A stretch of DNA of 64,000 nt, taken from IMG/VR virus record IMGVR_UViG_3300036820_000003, positions 65,941-129,940 of that record; one strand, written 5' to 3'. The notes under the pieces were generated by a model. It was not told where the DNA came from, did not search any database, and worked only from the letters and a program-made list of their open reading frames with translations. A program made the translations under genes and the position numbers. Source of the DNA: a virus. Shown one piece after another: positions 15,789-24,322 of this stretch. Each line of letters starts with the position of its first letter. The stretch's first letter is position 1.

Positions 15789-15925
15789 GCCCTGCGTTCC
15801 AGTACGAAGGGATTCGCGGAGGAGCTAGTACACCGGATCCTCGGAGTATGAACAACGGGAACGGACCGATCCAATCGCCTGGAATCCCGGATGAGTTCCG
15901 GGTTCACTGGTGGCTGATGGTCTAG
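15785..15925 (+). CDS. 46-aa peptide, NGNGP, C-terminal VHWWLMV
   Basis: ATGA coupling; hand translation MSPAFQYEGIRGGASTPDPRSMNNGNGPIQSPGIPDEFRVHWWLMV*. Confidence 0.6.
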   Translation: MSPAFQYEGIRGGASTPDPRSMNNGNGPIQSPGIPDEFRVHWWLMV

Positions 15926-15934
15926 TTCGTGCCA

Positions 15935-15973
15935 GCCCGTCTCATTTGGCATTTGACAAGTGAGGCGGGCTTT
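15935..15973 (+). terminator. Hairpin plus TTT closing the peptide operon, overlapping the next promoter
   Basis: GCCCGTCTCA/TGAGGCGGGC then TTT. Confidence 0.45.
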
Positions 15974-15981
15974 GGTATGCT
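15953..15981 (+). promoter_or_regulatory. SigA promoter TTGACA-17-TATGCT, leaderless start of the DNA-modification operon
   Basis: GTG at 15988 lies 6 nt after the -10; no SD. Confidence 0.8.
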
Positions 15982-15987
15982 CGGAAT

Positions 15988-16701
15988 GTGACGGATGACA
16001 AGATTGTCTCGGTTCCGGTCGGGGAACTCAAGTTCTGGCCGGGGAATCCTCGAGTGGGTGACCTGGACGCGATCCGGGAGTCGATTGAGGCGCACGGGGT
16101 GTACAAGCCTCTGCTGGTGCATCGAGGGACCGGACGAGTCATGGTCGGAAACAATACCCTGAAGGCCGCCGTGGAACTGGGGATGGAGCGAGTCCCGGTG
16201 GTGTACAAGGACGTCGACGATGATGTGGCGCGTCGCATCATGCTGGTCGACAATCGGACGTCGGATCGCTCGGACTACGACGAGGAACTGCTGCGAGCGG
16301 CGCTGCTGGCGGTGGCCGACGATTTCTCCGGGACGGGTTATCACGACGACGACGAGGACGTCGCGGCGCTGCTGGCCATTGTGATGGCGGCGGACGAGTA
16401 CAGCTTCGCGGGAGGGGCTGACGAGGAGGAAGTGCTGCTCCTCGACGAGGTGCGAACCGGAGCTGACTGGGCCGAGCTGCCCCAGCAGGAGGCCGCTCGG
16501 GCGGAACGGCAGGCTCAGCAGACTCCCTCGGCCGTCAAGGGGCTGCGCGAGATCATGCTGGTGTATCCGGTGGACGAGCATCGCGAGATGATTTCCGTGT
16601 TGGAAGGGCTCAAGCGGGTGTGGGGGGATCTGCGATATCCGCAGATTGTGGCGCGGGCTCTGCGGGAGGCGGCCGAGCGCGGCGGCGTGGTAGGCTTGTA
16701 A
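15988..16701 (+). CDS. ParB/Srx N-terminal-domain protein
   Basis: ELKFWPGNPR...SIEAHGVYKPLLV...VMVGNNTLKAA...IMLVDNRTSD. Confidence 0.85.
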   Translation: MTDDKIVSVPVGELKFWPGNPRVGDLDAIRESIEAHGVYKPLLVHRGTGRVMVGNNTLKAAVELGMERVPVVYKDVDDDVARRIMLVDNRTSDRSDYDEELLRAALLAVADDFSGTGYHDDDEDVAALLAIVMAADEYSFAGGADEEEVLLLDEVRTGADWAELPQQEAARAERQAQQTPSAVKGLREIMLVYPVDEHREMISVLEGLKRVWGDLRYPQIVARALREAAERGGVVGL

Positions 16702-16702
16702 G

Positions 16703-17626
16703 GTGCAAGCTACGGTGCCTGACGACAGGCTGATGGCGGATTATTTTTCGTTCCATCGGATTCAGATTGCGAATAGGGACGTCGATCCCGTTTACCCCGT
16801 CTTGAAGGCGGTGGGGGACAGGCTGTCGTTGAGCACCGAGGATCGCCTGCGTCTGGTATTCCTGCATGTGGCCTACTACGACATCGGGTCCGCGCTGACG
16901 GCGTTCGAGATAACGGGGGACGTGCACTACTGGTTCAAGTGCACCGAGACTAAACTGCCGTGCGGAACGGAACGTCGTAGGCATCGCATGGGCGACAACC
17001 TGCGCAATCACCTAGCATCTTTGCAGACTAGGGCGTTCGGCTGGCAAGGACTGGAACCGTGGCTCACGCACGGTCTGGACGATGACGCCCGAGGTAATTG
17101 GAAAACGGTGTCAGAGCGACTCATGCAGGTGGACGGAAACGGTCGCTGGGCGGCATTCAAGACCTGCGAGATGCTCAGGGAAGTGTGCGGGCTGCCGTTG
17201 GAGGCCCCGGACATGGGACACGCGAACAGTTCGGGTCCTCGCAAGGGACTGGGGTTGCTGTTTGCGGAGGCGCGAGTGGCGGGGAACTCGGCTGAGGTGA
17301 TAGCGGGATTGGATAGGCTGTCGGTTAGGCTGGTCGAGGAGCTGCGGGGGGCCGGGGCCGAGGCGTCGCTTGCGACCGCGGAGACGACGCTGTGCGACTT
17401 TCACAGTATGTGGAATGGCCGGTACTATCCGGGGCTTGATATCGATGTGATGCACGAGCAGATCGCGATGTCCCCGATGAGCCCGGAGATGCGACGTGAG
17501 GCCTATCTGGCGCGCGAGGCGGCGCTGCCCCTGGCTTACCTCGGTGAAGAGGGCGGCTGGCAGGGCGTCGACGTCAAGCGGAAGCGGATTTACCGGATGA
17601 CGGGGGAGATTGTCACTCGTGGCTGA
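16703..17626 (+). CDS. Amino acid:DNA transferase (aGPT-PPlase clade 2/ADDT-like)
   Basis: DVDPVYPVL, ERRRHR, GRWAAFKTCEML, AETTLCDFHS..NGRYYPGLDID; start may be ATG 16733. Confidence 0.75.
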   Translation: MQATVPDDRLMADYFSFHRIQIANRDVDPVYPVLKAVGDRLSLSTEDRLRLVFLHVAYYDIGSALTAFEITGDVHYWFKCTETKLPCGTERRRHRMGDNLRNHLASLQTRAFGWQGLEPWLTHGLDDDARGNWKTVSERLMQVDGNGRWAAFKTCEMLREVCGLPLEAPDMGHANSSGPRKGLGLLFAEARVAGNSAEVIAGLDRLSVRLVEELRGAGAEASLATAETTLCDFHSMWNGRYYPGLDIDVMHEQIAMSPMSPEMRREAYLAREAALPLAYLGEEGGWQGVDVKRKRIYRMTGEIVTRG

Positions 17627-18494
17627 TGTGGGGGGCTGGACGTTCGGGGCGGAGCTGGAATGGCCGGATGTGGACCGGCGGGCCGAGCTGGGGGGAGGCT
17701 GGGCGTGGTCGGTGACGGACTACACCGTCGTCAACTCGGACGGGACCGCCAACGATCCGCGCGGTGAGCTGAATCGCTGGGGCGGGGAGCTGAACACGCC
17801 GGTTTGCGGATCGGTCGAGGAGCTGGGCGAGCGCGCGGGAGAGATGCGGGCGCAGTTGAAGCCTGGTCACAACTACCGGTCGAATCTCCACATTCACGTG
17901 GCGGCTCCGGAATTTGCGGACGTCGAAAATCTGAAGAGAATCGCTGAATTCTCGCGTCGGGAGCTGCCAGGGGCGCTCAAGATGATGGACCCGCTGAACG
18001 GGCTTTTCTCGGGTCTGACGGACGAGGCGGAAGTGGCGGGGGCGCGGAAGCGAATGGCGCACTCGGAGCGGAGTCGTCACTATTTTGTGTCGGATGCTCG
18101 GCACGCTCGTCGGATGGAGGCTCGGGGGATTGAGGAGATGCTGCGAGCCGAGGTTCCGATGAGTCGCGAAGGGGCTCCGTGCTGGGCGCTGGCGTCGCGG
18201 GAAGCCGTCAATTTGCGTTCGATGCGGAAACACGGGACGATCGAGCTGCGCTGTTTCGCGGCGGACGGATCGGGCGAGAACGTGTGGGCGGCGGCGAGCT
18301 TCAGTCGGGACTGGCTGGCGACGGCGCTTGAGGGAGGCGAGGTGTTCGAGCTTCCCTACTTCTACTCGCTGCCGATTCAGCCTGCTTTCGAGCTGAAGCT
18401 CGAAAGAGGCTGGGAGTGGACGAACCTCAAGCACAATCGTCGGAACGTGGTGCGCGGACGGCTGGCTGAGATGAGGGGCCTGTGCGAATCGTAG
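17610..18494 (+). CDS. Putative amidoligase (COOH-NH2 ligase type 2)
   Basis: TFGAELE, GELNTP, NLHIHV, VNL.....GTIELR motifs. Confidence 0.75.
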   Translation: MSLVADVGGWTFGAELEWPDVDRRAELGGGWAWSVTDYTVVNSDGTANDPRGELNRWGGELNTPVCGSVEELGERAGEMRAQLKPGHNYRSNLHIHVAAPEFADVENLKRIAEFSRRELPGALKMMDPLNGLFSGLTDEAEVAGARKRMAHSERSRHYFVSDARHARRMEARGIEEMLRAEVPMSREGAPCWALASREAVNLRSMRKHGTIELRCFAADGSGENVWAAASFSRDWLATALEGGEVFELPYFYSLPIQPAFELKLERGWEWTNLKHNRRNVVRGRLAEMRGLCES

Positions 18495-18922
18495 CCGTCT
18501 GCACGGGGAACGTCGCCCGGAGCCCCGCCCTGGAGTGCCTGCTGCAGGAAGGGCTGGCGGGGGTGGAAGTGCGCTCGGCGGGGGTGGGCGACAAGGCCGT
18601 CGCCGGGCTGCGGATGAAGCCCTACATGCGGATGATCCTGGGGAGAGAGGGTTTCGGCGACTTCGCGGAATCCCATCGCTCGTTCGTGCTGCGAGGCGAG
18701 GAAGCGATCGCACCGGATCTTTTCGTCGCGGTGAGCCGAGTGCACGTGCGGAAGCTTGGCGGGATGTTTCCCGAGGTGCCGGTTCTCTTGTGCGATCCGA
18801 TTATCCCGGATCCGGCTTTCGGCGGGCTGGATGCCTACGAGGAAGCGTGGAACTTGATTCAGACGGCCTCGGATGATATGATTCGCAGAATCGAATCCGA
18901 GGACTGGGGGAGCTGCGAGTGA
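18482..18922 (+). CDS. Low-molecular-weight protein-tyrosine-phosphatase/ArsC-fold phosphatase
   Basis: VCTGNVARS (Cx5R) P-loop and IPDP general-acid motif. Confidence 0.85.
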   Translation: MRIVAVCTGNVARSPALECLLQEGLAGVEVRSAGVGDKAVAGLRMKPYMRMILGREGFGDFAESHRSFVLRGEEAIAPDLFVAVSRVHVRKLGGMFPEVPVLLCDPIIPDPAFGGLDAYEEAWNLIQTASDDMIRRIESEDWGSCE

Positions 18923-19761
18923 AGATTCTGGTGGTGGGGGCGGGAATCGCCGGGTCGTGCGTGGCTCGACTGGGGTCCGAGCGCGGTCACGAGATGAGGG
19001 TGATCGCGCGAGGCGATGAGCCGGATTCGCTCGCGGCGACGGCGGTGCTGCGTCGAGGTTATCACTCAGGGGGGTCGCTTGAGTCCTGGGACTACGCGAT
19101 CCAGTGCTATGAGCGCTGGGGCGTTCGAATGGCGAGAGGCGGGGCGGTTTCCAGCTATCGGAGACTGCTGGCGGAACCTCGTGCTGATGCGGACTGGACC
19201 CTGATTGATCCGGCTGCCCCCCTGGTGCAGGCCGATGTGAAAAGGGAAGTGGTGTCGGCGCATGGCGGCCGGGTGTGGTTCGGACCGGGGGCGGGGGAGG
19301 CGGGGGACGCCGTTGTGGTGGCCTGTGGCGCTCGCGGCGGGCTGTTGCGGCCGGCGGGCGCTGTTGGCGGCGCGATCGTTACCTATGGCGTTACGTGGGT
19401 CCACGCGCCGGAGGCTTTGAAGGAGCCCGAGGTTATGAGGGTGTATCAGTACGCCCCTTATCGAACTCTGCTGGCGGGTGTGGCCGGAGGAAAGGCGCGC
19501 GTCGGTAGTTCCTCGGCTGCGGGAGAGGAAAAGGCGGTGGAGCAGGGGCGGAAGATGCTCCAGACCGCGTGGGATCTGGGCTGGCTGACGACTCTTGACG
19601 AGTGGGAAATGCGAGTGGGGGCGCGTCTGAAGAGTCAGGAAGTCTGGTGGCGCGAAGGCGACGGTCACTGGGAAATCGGCGGATTTCATCGAACGGGGTA
19701 CGCTTTGGCTCCCGGGGCCGCTCGCGATGTGCTGGACGACATCGAGAAGTCAGCTCTGTGA
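18919..19761 (+). CDS. FAD-dependent oxidoreductase (DAO/glycine-oxidase-like)
   Basis: ILVVGAGIAG dinucleotide-binding motif; C-terminal GGFHRTGYALAPG. Confidence 0.8.
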   Translation: MKILVVGAGIAGSCVARLGSERGHEMRVIARGDEPDSLAATAVLRRGYHSGGSLESWDYAIQCYERWGVRMARGGAVSSYRRLLAEPRADADWTLIDPAAPLVQADVKREVVSAHGGRVWFGPGAGEAGDAVVVACGARGGLLRPAGAVGGAIVTYGVTWVHAPEALKEPEVMRVYQYAPYRTLLAGVAGGKARVGSSSAAGEEKAVEQGRKMLQTAWDLGWLTTLDEWEMRVGARLKSQEVWWREGDGHWEIGGFHRTGYALAPGAARDVLDDIEKSAL

Positions 19762-19767
19762 TTTGAT

Positions 19768-19796
19768 TTGACAGGCTCTTTTTTTTACGCTAGATT
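19768..19796 (+). promoter_or_regulatory. SigA promoter TTGACA-17-TAGATT, leaderless start of the kinase gene
   Basis: ATG 19803 is 6 nt after the -10. Confidence 0.75.
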
Positions 19797-19802
19797 TTGC
19801 TT

Positions 19803-20375
19803 ATGGATCTCGTTTATCTGGCCGGGGCTCCCGCCGTCGGCAAGTCGACTCTGATGGCCAGGCTGACTGAGGGCGCTGAGCGGGTGGCTCGAGCTGACGT
19901 GAAGCTGGTGCCCTACGACGAGCTGAGGGTTGCGGGCGAGGTTGTCGGGGCGGAGATCGGGAAGCGTCGGGTGAACTTCCCGGGGACTGATTCGCTTGCG
20001 ATGAACGCTCTGCCGAACGTCGCTAAATGGCTCGACGCGAAGATGTTCGACGTGGTGTGCGCGGAGGGGGATCGTCTGACGCACGTGCGATTCTTTGGCT
20101 CGGCGGCGGACGCCGGGTACTCGGTGCACGTTTTCCTGCTGCGAGCGCCAATGTCGGTGCTGGATCGGCGATGCGAGGCGCGAGGGTCGAACCAGAGTCG
20201 GAGCTGGCGGCTCAGCCGGGTGACTCTGGGCGAGCGGGTGGCGGCCTGGGCCGAGGCCGAGGACAGGATCTCGATGCACTACCTCGATTCTCAGAGACCT
20301 GTCACGGAGCTGGCCGAGGAAGTGCGACGGGCTGTGCCCGCGATGGAGATTCTGCGTGAGCGGGTGGCTGGCTGA
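19803..20375 (+). CDS. P-loop 5-hydroxymethyluracil-DNA kinase (5-HMUDK)-like
   Basis: GAPAVGKST, PGTDSLAM, EGDRLT, RGSNQS motifs; context with AADT. Confidence 0.75.
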   Translation: MDLVYLAGAPAVGKSTLMARLTEGAERVARADVKLVPYDELRVAGEVVGAEIGKRRVNFPGTDSLAMNALPNVAKWLDAKMFDVVCAEGDRLTHVRFFGSAADAGYSVHVFLLRAPMSVLDRRCEARGSNQSRSWRLSRVTLGERVAAWAEAEDRISMHYLDSQRPVTELAEEVRRAVPAMEILRERVAG

Positions 20376-21634
20376 TGGCTGCCGCCGCTGTTGTGAGGAC
20401 CCCGGGAGTGCGACTGGGCTATCGAGTTGCGGACTCCATTATCGAGCGCGACATTGAAGGTCGGACCTTGGGGGAGGACGACTACGACTGGCTTCTCACG
20501 GGCGGACCGCTGATGGTCAGGAGTCCGGAGGGGGCTCCGGTGGCGTGCTATCTGCCAGGGGTTTTGAAGGGCGTCATGGCCGAGGTCGACGCTTACCGGC
20601 TGCTGCATCCCCTGCACACGATGATGACGAACAATCGAGGCAAGGCGTCGGGTACGCGACGGATCGCCCGGGGGGACGGGGACGGGACGAGGAGCGACTC
20701 CGTCTCGATGTCGAGTCCCACTATCGGGTCGGCGGATCCAGGGTCGGTGTACCGCTACTGTCGCATGACGGAGTGGACCGGGGCGCATCTGCCGGAGTGG
20801 GAGGCGCTGGCTCCCCTGTTCCGGGTGATTGCGAGTCATCTTGAAGAGCGAGTTCCGGAGCGATACAACGCCCAGATGGAGTACGTCCGGAAGACGAATG
20901 AAGCGTGGGTGGTGCCGGGAACGCCGTTCACGACGATCACGGTGAATAACAGTTACTCCACCGGGGTGCACAAGGATCAGGGCGATCTGGAGGCCGGGTT
21001 CTCGACGCTGGCGTGCGTGCGTCGCGGCGAGTACTCGGGCGGCGTGCTGGTCATGCCGCAGTATAGGTTCGGCGTGGACATGCAAGACGGTGATCTTTTG
21101 CTGATGGACGCGCACCAGTGGCACGGGAACACGCGAATGACGTGCGCCTGCGGCGAGCGGATTTTCAATCGATTCTGCGGGGTATGCGGCGCGGAGCGGA
21201 TTTCGCTGGTGTGCTACTATCGGACTCGGATGGCGGAATGCGGGAGCCCTGCGGACGAGCTGGAAAGAGCGCAGGTAAACACCGAGAAGCGATCCCAGCC
21301 GCGCGTCGGACAGGATATCATTGACGCTGCCGCGTCAGTGATGCCGATTCCGATTGCAAATCCTGACCCCGCCCCTGATGACGGGGGGGCTTCAATTGCA
21401 ACTGTGCCTGCGGCGCCGATTGTCGACGAACTTGAGGCTCCCGCCAAGAGGCGCGGTCGTCCCAAGAAGCAGGTCGGGGTGCTCGACGTTGAGGTTGAGG
21501 TTGAGGCCGCGAAGCCGGAACCTGTCGTCAAGCGTCGGGGTCGGCCGCGCAAGGTCGCTGAGCCTGATAAGATCGCAGTGGCCAAGGCCGATTTGATGAA
21601 GTTTGATCCCGTGACCGGTGAGCCTTTGGAGTGA
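20375..21634 (+). CDS. TET/JBP-like 2OG-Fe(II) dioxygenase with C-terminal AT-hooks
   Basis: PFTTITVN, HKD (HxD), WHGN, ERISLVCYYR; tail KRRGRPKK and KRRGRPRK. Confidence 0.8.
   Translation: MAAAAVVRTPGVRLGYRVADSIIERDIEGRTLGEDDYDWLLTGGPLMVRSPEGAPVACYLPGVLKGVMAEVDAYRLLHPLHTMMTNNRGKASGTRRIARGDGDGTRSDSVSMSSPTIGSADPGSVYRYCRMTEWTGAHLPEWEALAPLFRVIASHLEERVPERYNAQMEYVRKTNEAWVVPGTPFTTITVNNSYSTGVHKDQGDLEAGFSTLACVRRGEYSGGVLVMPQYRFGVDMQDGDLLLMDAHQWHGNTRMTCACGERIFNRFCGVCGAERISLVCYYRTRMAECGSPADELERAQVNTEKRSQPRVGQDIIDAAASVMPIPIANPDPAPDDGGASIATVPAAPIVDELEAPAKRRGRPKKQVGVLDVEVEVEAAKPEPVVKRRGRPRKVAEPDKIAVAKADLMKFDPVTGEPLE
21380..21405 (+). repeat. 26-bp dispersed repeat, copy inside the TET-like gene
   Basis: Identical to 13495-13520. 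Confidence 0.9.
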
Positions 21635-21646
21635 GGAGTGAGTGGA

Positions 21647-22180
21647 ATGGGTCGTCGAACCGAAACGATGGAACGCGACGCTAAGATGTACTTGCGTCAC
21701 ACCAACAACATCCCGCACGACGCGATCGCGGCTGAGTTCGGGGTGTCGCTTGCTACTGTCGCGACGGGGATTCGACGGGCCATCCAGGACACCTTCAGGC
21801 TGTCGGCTGAGGAAGAGCGCCAGGTCGTGGACGATAGACTTTTGTATTTGGAGCGTCGTCTGCGGGTGATGGCCTCCAATAAGCACTATCGCGTTTCGGT
21901 TTCAGGGAAGGTCGTCGTCGATCCGATGACCGGGGAGCCGTTGCTGGACGACGAGCCGGAGTATCGGGCTCTGATGGCCATCTCGAAGATCGAGGGGCAG
22001 CGCAGCAAGCTTCTCGGACTCGACATGCCGGTGCGTCATCGAGTCGAGATCACCGACAAGATGGACGAGGAGATCGAGAAGCTCGCGATGGAGCTTTCGA
22101 TCCACGGCGCTGGCGAGAAGGTAGAGCCGGAGCTGCCGGTGGGGACGGGAGTCGTTGATGGTGACGGTAGCGACTCCTGA
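21647..22180 (+). CDS. terS: Terminase small subunit (HTH)
   Basis: IAAEFGVSLATV HTH, RSKLLGLDMP; directly upstream of TerL. Confidence 0.75.
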   Translation: MGRRTETMERDAKMYLRHTNNIPHDAIAAEFGVSLATVATGIRRAIQDTFRLSAEEERQVVDDRLLYLERRLRVMASNKHYRVSVSGKVVVDPMTGEPLLDDEPEYRALMAISKIEGQRSKLLGLDMPVRHRVEITDKMDEEIEKLAMELSIHGAGEKVEPELPVGTGVVDGDGSDS

Positions 22181-23852
22181 TCCTGGGGGGGAAGAGCCGG
22201 AGAAAGGCGATCTGCCTCCGGATTGGCGGGATCTCAGTCCCGAGGCCAAGAAGGCCCTGCTGCATAAGCTCAAAGGGAAACACATCTCTTTGGGACTGGG
22301 CGGACCGCGCAAGTGGCGGGCTCTGGCGCGACCCAAGCAGCTGAGTCCAGATGATCCGGTGCATCATCTGCCGGACGGCAACGGGTTCGCCTGCGCGTGC
22401 GGGGCGCTGGATAGTAGCTTCAACATCTGGATGTTCATGGCCGGCCGAGGCTGCGGGAAGACCTGGGCCGGATCCAACTGGATCATCGAGCAGGCGCTGA
22501 AAAACCCGGGGACCATGTGGGCCGTCGTGGCTCCCACCTTCCGCGACGTCCGAGTGACTTGCTTCGAGGGACCGTCTGGGATACGCCGTCAGCTAGAACC
22601 AGGTGAGGAAGACCAATGGCGACGCAACGAGTTGCGACTCGACCTGGTGAACGGCTCGATTCTCTACGGGTACTCGGCTGACCAGCCTGAGCGACTTCGC
22701 GGGAGTAATCTTTCAGGTGCTTGGTGTGACGAGATGGGCTCGTGGCAATATGAGGAGACCTGGTACGAAGGGCTGGTTCCCGCTCTGCGTATTGGCGAGC
22801 ATCCCCGTGTGATGGTAACCACCACTCCTCGTCCCACCAAGCTGGTGCGCGATCTGTACGGACGTCGCGACGGGACGGTCCACATCACCACCGCCTCGAC
22901 CTGGGAGAACGCCGCAAACCTTTCCGCCGCAGCTCTTGACGAACTACGTCGTCGGTACGAGGGAACGCGCCTGGGTCGTCAGGAGCTTGAAGGCGAGCTG
23001 CTGGAGGACCTTGAGGGGGCTTTGTGGAAGCGATCCGACATCGACGCCGCGCGAGTGCGGCTGGGGGATGTGCCGGATCTGATCCGGGTGGTTGTCGGGA
23101 TTGACCCGGCTGTCACCTCGACCGAAGAGAGTGACGAGACCGGAATCATCGTCGCGGGGGATGACGGGCATGGTCACGGCTACGTGCTGGCGGACTACAG
23201 TATGAAAGGGTCGCCTGAGGCGTGCATGCGGGAGGCCGTCCGGGCATACAAGCGTCACGGGGCTGACTGCATTGTCGCGGAGGTGAACAACGGCGGTGAC
23301 TTCATCGGAGCGGTGGTTCGTGCAGTTGACCCGGATGTGCCATATCACACCGTGCGAGCTAGCAGGGGTAAAGCTCTCCGAGCTGAGCCTGTTTCTGCTC
23401 TTGCTGAGCAACGGAGACTTCACCACGTAGGCAACCTGCCCGAGCTGGAAGATCAATTGTGCGCCTACGTGCCCGGAATAGGCGACTCGCCTGACCGGAT
23501 GGACGCGCTGGTCTGGGCGGTCTTCGAGCTCAAGGGATTGAGTCAGGCCTCGTGGCTGTCGGCCTACGGAGCCTGTCGCTGCTCGGGATGCGACCACGTG
23601 TACACCTCGCATCTTAAGGAGTGCCCGCGCTGCCGGACGGCGAATCCGGCGGAGGCTGAGCGGATTGCGGCTCGGGAGCGAGATGAGCCGACGGAGGAGG
23701 AGCCTGTCGTGGGCGGCTGGGCGTCGGTTTATCACCTGCGTCGCTGCGAGCGAGGGCACGCCTACCCCGAGAAAATGGGGGCCGGGGGATGCCCGCGCTG
23801 CCGATCGGACGGACTGGGTTTTTTGAAGTCGGCCGGTCGCGCTGTGCGTTGA
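22155..23852 (+). CDS. terL: Terminase large subunit with C-terminal zinc-ribbon extension
   Basis: AGRGCGKT Walker A, LRGSNLSGAWCDE Walker B, GIDPA, DETGII, SPDRMDALVWA nuclease motifs. Confidence 0.95.
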   Translation: MMVTVATPDPGGEEPEKGDLPPDWRDLSPEAKKALLHKLKGKHISLGLGGPRKWRALARPKQLSPDDPVHHLPDGNGFACACGALDSSFNIWMFMAGRGCGKTWAGSNWIIEQALKNPGTMWAVVAPTFRDVRVTCFEGPSGIRRQLEPGEEDQWRRNELRLDLVNGSILYGYSADQPERLRGSNLSGAWCDEMGSWQYEETWYEGLVPALRIGEHPRVMVTTTPRPTKLVRDLYGRRDGTVHITTASTWENAANLSAAALDELRRRYEGTRLGRQELEGELLEDLEGALWKRSDIDAARVRLGDVPDLIRVVVGIDPAVTSTEESDETGIIVAGDDGHGHGYVLADYSMKGSPEACMREAVRAYKRHGADCIVAEVNNGGDFIGAVVRAVDPDVPYHTVRASRGKALRAEPVSALAEQRRLHHVGNLPELEDQLCAYVPGIGDSPDRMDALVWAVFELKGLSQASWLSAYGACRCSGCDHVYTSHLKECPRCRTANPAEAERIAARERDEPTEEEPVVGGWASVYHLRRCERGHAYPEKMGAGGCPRCRSDGLGFLKSAGRAVR

Positions 23853-23877
23853 CAAGTCGAGCGAAGTTTGCTAGACT
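23849..23877 (+). promoter_or_regulatory. SigA promoter TTGACA-17-TGcTAGACT, leaderless
   Basis: ATG 23884 is 6 nt after the -10. Confidence 0.8.
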
Positions 23878-23883
23878 TGCGGA

Positions 23884-24141
23884 ATGGACAGCCTCTCAGA
23901 AGAAGAACGCGAAGCCGCCCGACGTGTTTTCGGGGATGGAAGTCAAGTCTGCTCCTTCTGCGGAGGCTTCCATCTAAGGGCATGTCCCAGGGTCGCCGAG
24001 TTCGAGCTTTACGAGGCGCACGGCGAGGTGGCGGGATCGATCAAGAGAGTGCGATTCTGGGCCGCTGGCGAGTGGGACGAGAGGTGCGTCGTGTGGCCCG
24101 AGGCGATGGCTGAAGGCGAGGAGGAGTCGAATGGAAGCTGA
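23884..24141 (+). CDS. Small zinc-finger protein
   Basis: CSFCGGFHLRAC; leaderless promoter. Confidence 0.7.
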   Translation: MDSLSEEEREAARRVFGDGSQVCSFCGGFHLRACPRVAEFELYEAHGEVAGSIKRVRFWAAGEWDERCVVWPEAMAEGEEESNGS

Positions 24142-24322
24142 GAGCGCAGGTGCGGGTGCGGGCGAGTTCATTCCGGCTCTTCAAACCGGGGCGATCGCTC
24201 TGCACGAGAACATGATGTCGTTTATCGCGGCGGGATTCACTCGTGAGGAAAGCCTGCGGATCGTCATGATGATGCTAGCCGAGGCGATCCGGAAGGGTGA
24301 CGGAACGGGGGGAAGCGGATGA
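24131..24322 (+). CDS. Hypothetical protein
   Basis: SD GAGGAG; coupled overlaps. Confidence 0.65.
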   Translation: MEAESAGAGAGEFIPALQTGAIALHENMMSFIAAGFTREESLRIVMMMLAEAIRKGDGTGGSG

